Shown one piece after another: positions 60,470 to 64,000 of a DNA stretch of 64,000 bases. Both the position numbers and the translations under genes were made by a program. The first letter of the stretch is position 1; the number at the start of each line of letters is the position of its first letter. The stretch is from an uncultured Oxalobacteraceae bacterium (GTDB lineage Bacteria; Pseudomonadota; Gammaproteobacteria; Burkholderiales; Burkholderiaceae_D). The DNA lies in contig CAITOF010000042.1 in the NCBI GenBank assembly GCA_903893945.1, positions 80,425 to 144,424 of the forward strand. Direction: 5' to 3'. Under the pieces are notes generated by a model. The model had not been told where the DNA came from, did no database searches, and saw only the letters and a program-made list of their open reading frames with translations.

Positions 60470-60646
60470 TCACTGGTTGTCGTCGAGCGTGTCGTCCGGT
60501 TCGGGCGAGGTGCTGGTGATGACATAACTTTCCTCGGCCCACGCACCCAGGTCGATTTTCTTGCATCGATCCGAACAGAACGGACGGTAGGGATTTTTTT
60601 TATCCCATTCGACTTTCGTGTGGCACTGAGGGCATTCGACGATCAT
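60470..60646 (-). CDS. yacG: DNA gyrase inhibitor YacG (58 aa, not in ORF track)
   Basis: Hand translation [43 protein letters not shown]...; CxxC...CxxxC zinc motif; canonical position after zapD. Confidence 0.93.
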   Translation of the reverse strand: MIVECPQCHTKVEWDKKNPYRPFCSDRCKKIDLGAWAEESYVITSTSPEPDDTLDDNQ

Positions 60647-60663
60647 TGTTCGTTAAAAATCAG

Positions 60664-61419
60664 TTAAAAATTGCACAGCGTCAGTTCAAAAGGAACTTCG
60701 CTTTCGAAAACGCGCGGTTTCATCGTGCCATCCTGTGACATGAAACGAACCCACAGCATATATTTGTTGGCCGAAATTTCAGGTATCGCGCCCAGCGTTT
60801 CATCGATTCCCAGCCGTATCATCTGATAAACTTTGCCCTGCAGCATTTGCTGGTAACTGCCTGCCTGGGCCAGCATTTTGCTGGTATTGCCGGATTCACG
60901 CAATAAACGCAGTGCCATGGCTATTGCTTCAAATAAGGGTGCCAGCGGCGCAAACCAGCTCGAAATGTCAGCTTTGCGTTTTTCGGCACTGGTGTTCTGC
61001 CAGGCAAAATAGGAAGGCAGATCGAATTCGCAGGCACCGCCCGGTATGATAGTGCGGCCACGTATGCTCATTAACCATTCGTTTTCGCGGATATTTTGCC
61101 CGGACTTGCCCTGCGACGCCATCAGGGAGGCACTGATTCGATTGATATCTTCAATAATGGCATTGAGCATATCGGTGGCCACGTTGGGATTGGATCGAAA
61201 ACTCTGCAAAGTTTGTTTTTGCCGTTCCAGTTCCTGAAGCAGGTCTGACTTTAAATCCGCCCGGCCAGCCACTTCGAGCATTTCAAAAATAAGGGATAAG
61301 GCCACATGATGCTGAAACGGGTGTTCTTGTTGCAGAAAAAATGAAAATTTTTCGTACAGGTCTTCCAGTCGCAATAACGTGCGAATACGCTCGTTGAAAG
61401 GGTATTCGTAAACAATCAA
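60664..61419 (-). CDS. zapD: Cell division protein ZapD
   Basis: YEYPFNERIRTLLRLE, RADLKSDLLQELERQ, IPGGACEFDLP, PEISANK. Confidence 0.96.
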   Translation of the reverse strand: MIVYEYPFNERIRTLLRLEDLYEKFSFFLQQEHPFQHHVALSLIFEMLEVAGRADLKSDLLQELERQKQTLQSFRSNPNVATDMLNAIIEDINRISASLMASQGKSGQNIRENEWLMSIRGRTIIPGGACEFDLPSYFAWQNTSAEKRKADISSWFAPLAPLFEAIAMALRLLRESGNTSKMLAQAGSYQQMLQGKVYQMIRLGIDETLGAIPEISANKYMLWVRFMSQDGTMKPRVFESEVPFELTLCNF

Positions 61420-61608
61420 AATAATGTCCCTGTTAAAGTTATCCGGATAAACTCTGCGAAGCGATCTGTGAAGCCCGCGTGCTGCGGAATGGTCTGAACT
61501 GAAAAAAACAAACCCGGTCAGTGAGCATAATAAGCAAAGTTGGAACAGGAAGATATAAAAACTTCGTTCCGATTTAATTTATGTGATTTTGAACCAAGCT
61601 GAGAAAAA

Positions 61609-62268
61609 TTACAAATAGTCTGTTTGAATTGCAGACGATAATTGCAGGTAGATTTTATGCAGGCGCTCAATTTCAGGATGAAGGCTGTCGAAATCGGCAC
61701 TGTTTTGGATGACATCGGTCGCAAAAGCCAGCCGCTGCTCCCTTGAAGGCTGCTGCCGGATGATGGACTGGATCAATTCTTTTGACAGGCCGTCGCGCTT
61801 CATCACGCGCTGAATCTGGTTATCTTCGTCACAATCAACCACCAGAATCCGGGAAAATTTCCAGTCATCACCGCCGCTCAGAAGTGGAACGACGCAAATC
61901 AGGTATGGCCCCGCCAAACGGGAGGCGAGATTCACGACTTCTTCCCGTATCATGGGATGGAGTATCGATTCGAGCGAGTGCTTTTTCTGGCGATCCGAAA
62001 AAACGCATTCCCGCATTCTGGTGCGATCCATGGCGCCCTGGTCTGTTATGAATTCGTCACCGAAACAGGACCTGATGGCTGCAATGGCACCGCCACCCGG
62101 GGCCGTCAGTTGATGGGCGATGGCATCGGTATCGATAATCCCGGCACCCAGTTCAGCAAATACCCTGGCCACCCGGGTTTTGCCACTACCAATACCGCCG
62201 GTCAGTCCGACCACAAACCTGTCAGGGTAAAGGTGATGGAGCTTTGATTTATTTACAACTTTTATCAC
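61609..62268 (-). CDS. coaE: Dephospho-CoA kinase
   Basis: VGLTGGIGSGKT, IDTDAIAH, LESILHP, QIQRVMKRD. Confidence 0.95.
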   Translation of the reverse strand: MIKVVNKSKLHHLYPDRFVVGLTGGIGSGKTRVARVFAELGAGIIDTDAIAHQLTAPGGGAIAAIRSCFGDEFITDQGAMDRTRMRECVFSDRQKKHSLESILHPMIREEVVNLASRLAGPYLICVVPLLSGGDDWKFSRILVVDCDEDNQIQRVMKRDGLSKELIQSIIRQQPSREQRLAFATDVIQNSADFDSLHPEIERLHKIYLQLSSAIQTDYL

Positions 62269-63137
62269 AGCATAATGCCCAGATATTTATGGGTAATCAG
62301 TTGCCCGTAGGGGAGCATAAACAGGCCGGCCACGGCCAGGTAGGGGCCAAACGGCATGGGCACATGGCGCTCACGCTTGGTGATGACTATGACGCTGATG
62401 CCGATCACCGCTCCGGCAAGCGACGAGAAAAAAATCAGTGCCGGCAAAACCGTCCAGCCACACCAGGCACCCAGAGCGGCCAGCAGCTTGAAATCGCCGT
62501 AGCCCATGCCTTCTTTACCCGTCAGCAATTTGAATACCCAGTAGACAAGCCACAGCGTCAAGTAACCGATCACGGCGCCGGCCACGGCAGAAGTGAGGCT
62601 GCAGAAAATACCCTGGGTGTTGACGATCAATCCACACCATAGCAGTGGCAATGTCAGGTCATCCGGCAGCAGTTGGGTATCAAAATCAATCAACGCCAGT
62701 GCAATCAGGAAATACGCAAAGACCACGCTGGCCAGTCCCGCGGCACCGGTTCCGAAGTGCCAGATCAGTCCAAAAGTAATCAATGCCGTCAAAAGTTCCA
62801 CGACCGGATAACGGATTGAAATGGGTGCTTTGCATTCCGAGCAGCGTCCGCGCAGCAGTGCTACATAGCTGAATACCGGAATGTTTTCGATGGCGGTGAT
62901 CTGATGGCCGCAGTGCGGGCAGGCCGACCGTGGCACCATCAGATTGAATACATCTTTGTGGGTCAATTCGTTTCCGCTCTGTTCTGCCACGTAATTGTCA
63001 AAATCACGCTGCATCATTTTGGGAATACGATAGATGACCACATTCAGAAAACTGCCGAATAACAGTCCGAACATGCCAGCGATCAGACTCACTGGCATGT
63101 TGCCTGGCAGCGCTAAATACAGATCATCAATAATCAT
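62265..63137 (-). CDS. pilD: Type IV prepilin peptidase
   Basis: GSFLNVVIYRIP, RSACPHCGH, ENIP, GRCSECKAPIS, IDFDTQLLPD, GMGYGDFKL, PFGPYLA. Confidence 0.96.
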   Translation of the reverse strand: MIIDDLYLALPGNMPVSLIAGMFGLLFGSFLNVVIYRIPKMMQRDFDNYVAEQSGNELTHKDVFNLMVPRSACPHCGHQITAIENIPVFSYVALLRGRCSECKAPISIRYPVVELLTALITFGLIWHFGTGAAGLASVVFAYFLIALALIDFDTQLLPDDLTLPLLWCGLIVNTQGIFCSLTSAVAGAVIGYLTLWLVYWVFKLLTGKEGMGYGDFKLLAALGAWCGWTVLPALIFFSSLAGAVIGISVIVITKRERHVPMPFGPYLAVAGLFMLPYGQLITHKYLGIML

Positions 63138-64000
63138 CCGCCAACCACTGAACCAAGTTTGAAGATCGGCAGATACATGGCAATCACCAGCGCACCGATA
63201 ACAATACCCAGGAACACCATGATAAGCGGATCCATCAAACTGGACAGATTGGCAACTGCTTCGTCAACTTCCTCTTCATAAAAGTCAGCCACTTTGCCGA
63301 GCATGGCATCCAGCGACCCTGATTCTTCACCGATCGACACCATCTGCGTCACCATGTTGGGGAACACGTTGGCATTTTGCATGGCCATGGTCAAACTGGT
63401 GCCGGAACTGACCTCCGTCTGGATTCTGACCGTGGCATCCAGATAGACCGCATTACCGGCTGCACCACCGACCGAATCCAGCGATTCAACCAGCGGCACA
63501 CCGGCGGCGAACATGGTCGCCAGTGTCCGGGTCCAGCGCGCAACGGTCGCTTTTTTGACGATCTCACCGAAAATTGGCGCTTTCAACAGCAACTTGTCCA
63601 TGACCCGTTGCACGTCCAGCGATCGCTTCCACGCCTGCAACAGGAAATAAATGCCCGCGGCCGGCACGCCGAACACGATGTACCAGTATTTCACGCAAAA
63701 ATCGGAAATCCCCATCACCACCAGGGTCGGTGCCGGCAAATCGGCGCCGAAGCTTTTGAATACCTCTTTGAACGCCGGAACCACCCAGATCATAATCACG
63801 GCAGTCACCACAAACGCAACGCCGATAATCGACATCGGATAAAACAGGGCGCCCCGGATTTTTGCCTTGATTGCCACCGTTTTTTCTTTGTAGATAGCCA
63901 GACGTGTCAACAGGTCTTCCAGGATACCGGCCTGTTCGCCCGCACCCACCAGATTACAGAATAACGGATCAAAATACAGCGGAAATTTCCGGAAAGCCTG
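63134..64000 (-). CDS. pilC: Type IV pilus assembly platform protein PilC (GspF family; runs off the right edge)
   Basis: GEQAGILEDLL, KIRGALFYP, RTLATMFAAGVPL, GEESGSLDAML, AMYLPIFKLG; upstream of pilD-coaE. Confidence 0.93.
   Translation of the reverse strand, partial: QAFRKFPLYFDPLFCNLVGAGEQAGILEDLLTRLAIYKEKTVAIKAKIRGALFYPMSIIGVAFVVTAVIMIWVVPAFKEVFKSFGADLPAPTLVVMGISDFCVKYWYIVFGVPAAGIYFLLQAWKRSLDVQRVMDKLLLKAPIFGEIVKKATVARWTRTLATMFAAGVPLVESLDSVGGAAGNAVYLDATVRIQTEVSSGTSLTMAMQNANVFPNMVTQMVSIGEESGSLDAMLGKVADFYEEEVDEAVANLSSLMDPLIMVFLGIVIGALVIAMYLPIFKLGSVVGG

Overview
Chromosomal window of a betaproteobacterium (Burkholderiales-like gene content; core genes about 60% GC by spot counts). About 1-33.5 kb is an accessory scavenging region: ggt, pirin, PhyH dioxygenase, two exported COG4798-type methyltransferases, M13 and M61 peptidases, an Ntn acylase, a Tat-exported amidase, two TonB-dependent receptors, a LacI-controlled sucrose-type locus, three orphan solute-binding proteins, an orphan histidine kinase with an EAL/HDOD protein, and tRNA-Pro(CGG). 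About 33.5-38 kb is housekeeping (tcdA, pdxH, ruvAB, cysK). About 38-53.6 kb is a large oxalate-catabolism cluster (two frc, oxc, oxlT, PanE-like reductase, FAH-family hydrolase) with poorly explained passengers: an HDAC-family deacylase, a CbbR-like LysR, a Crp/Fnr regulator, a porin, an orphan binding protein, a stand-alone PAS protein, a stand-alone CbbY cap-like protein, and a 59-aa gene missing from the ORF track. Four intergenic sites in this cluster share a TTRAC-N4-GWTAA motif. About 53.6-57.8 kb is an AT-rich islet at the 3' end of tRNA-His(GTG), carrying a translationally coupled exported caspase-like protease and lipoprotein that share a helical repeat, plus an XRE antitoxin remnant. 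The right end is core: murI, class I fumarase, yacG, zapD, coaE, pilD, pilC (partial). No CRISPR array, rRNA, integrase or transposase was seen. All family assignments come from motif recognition by eye; no database searches were run.
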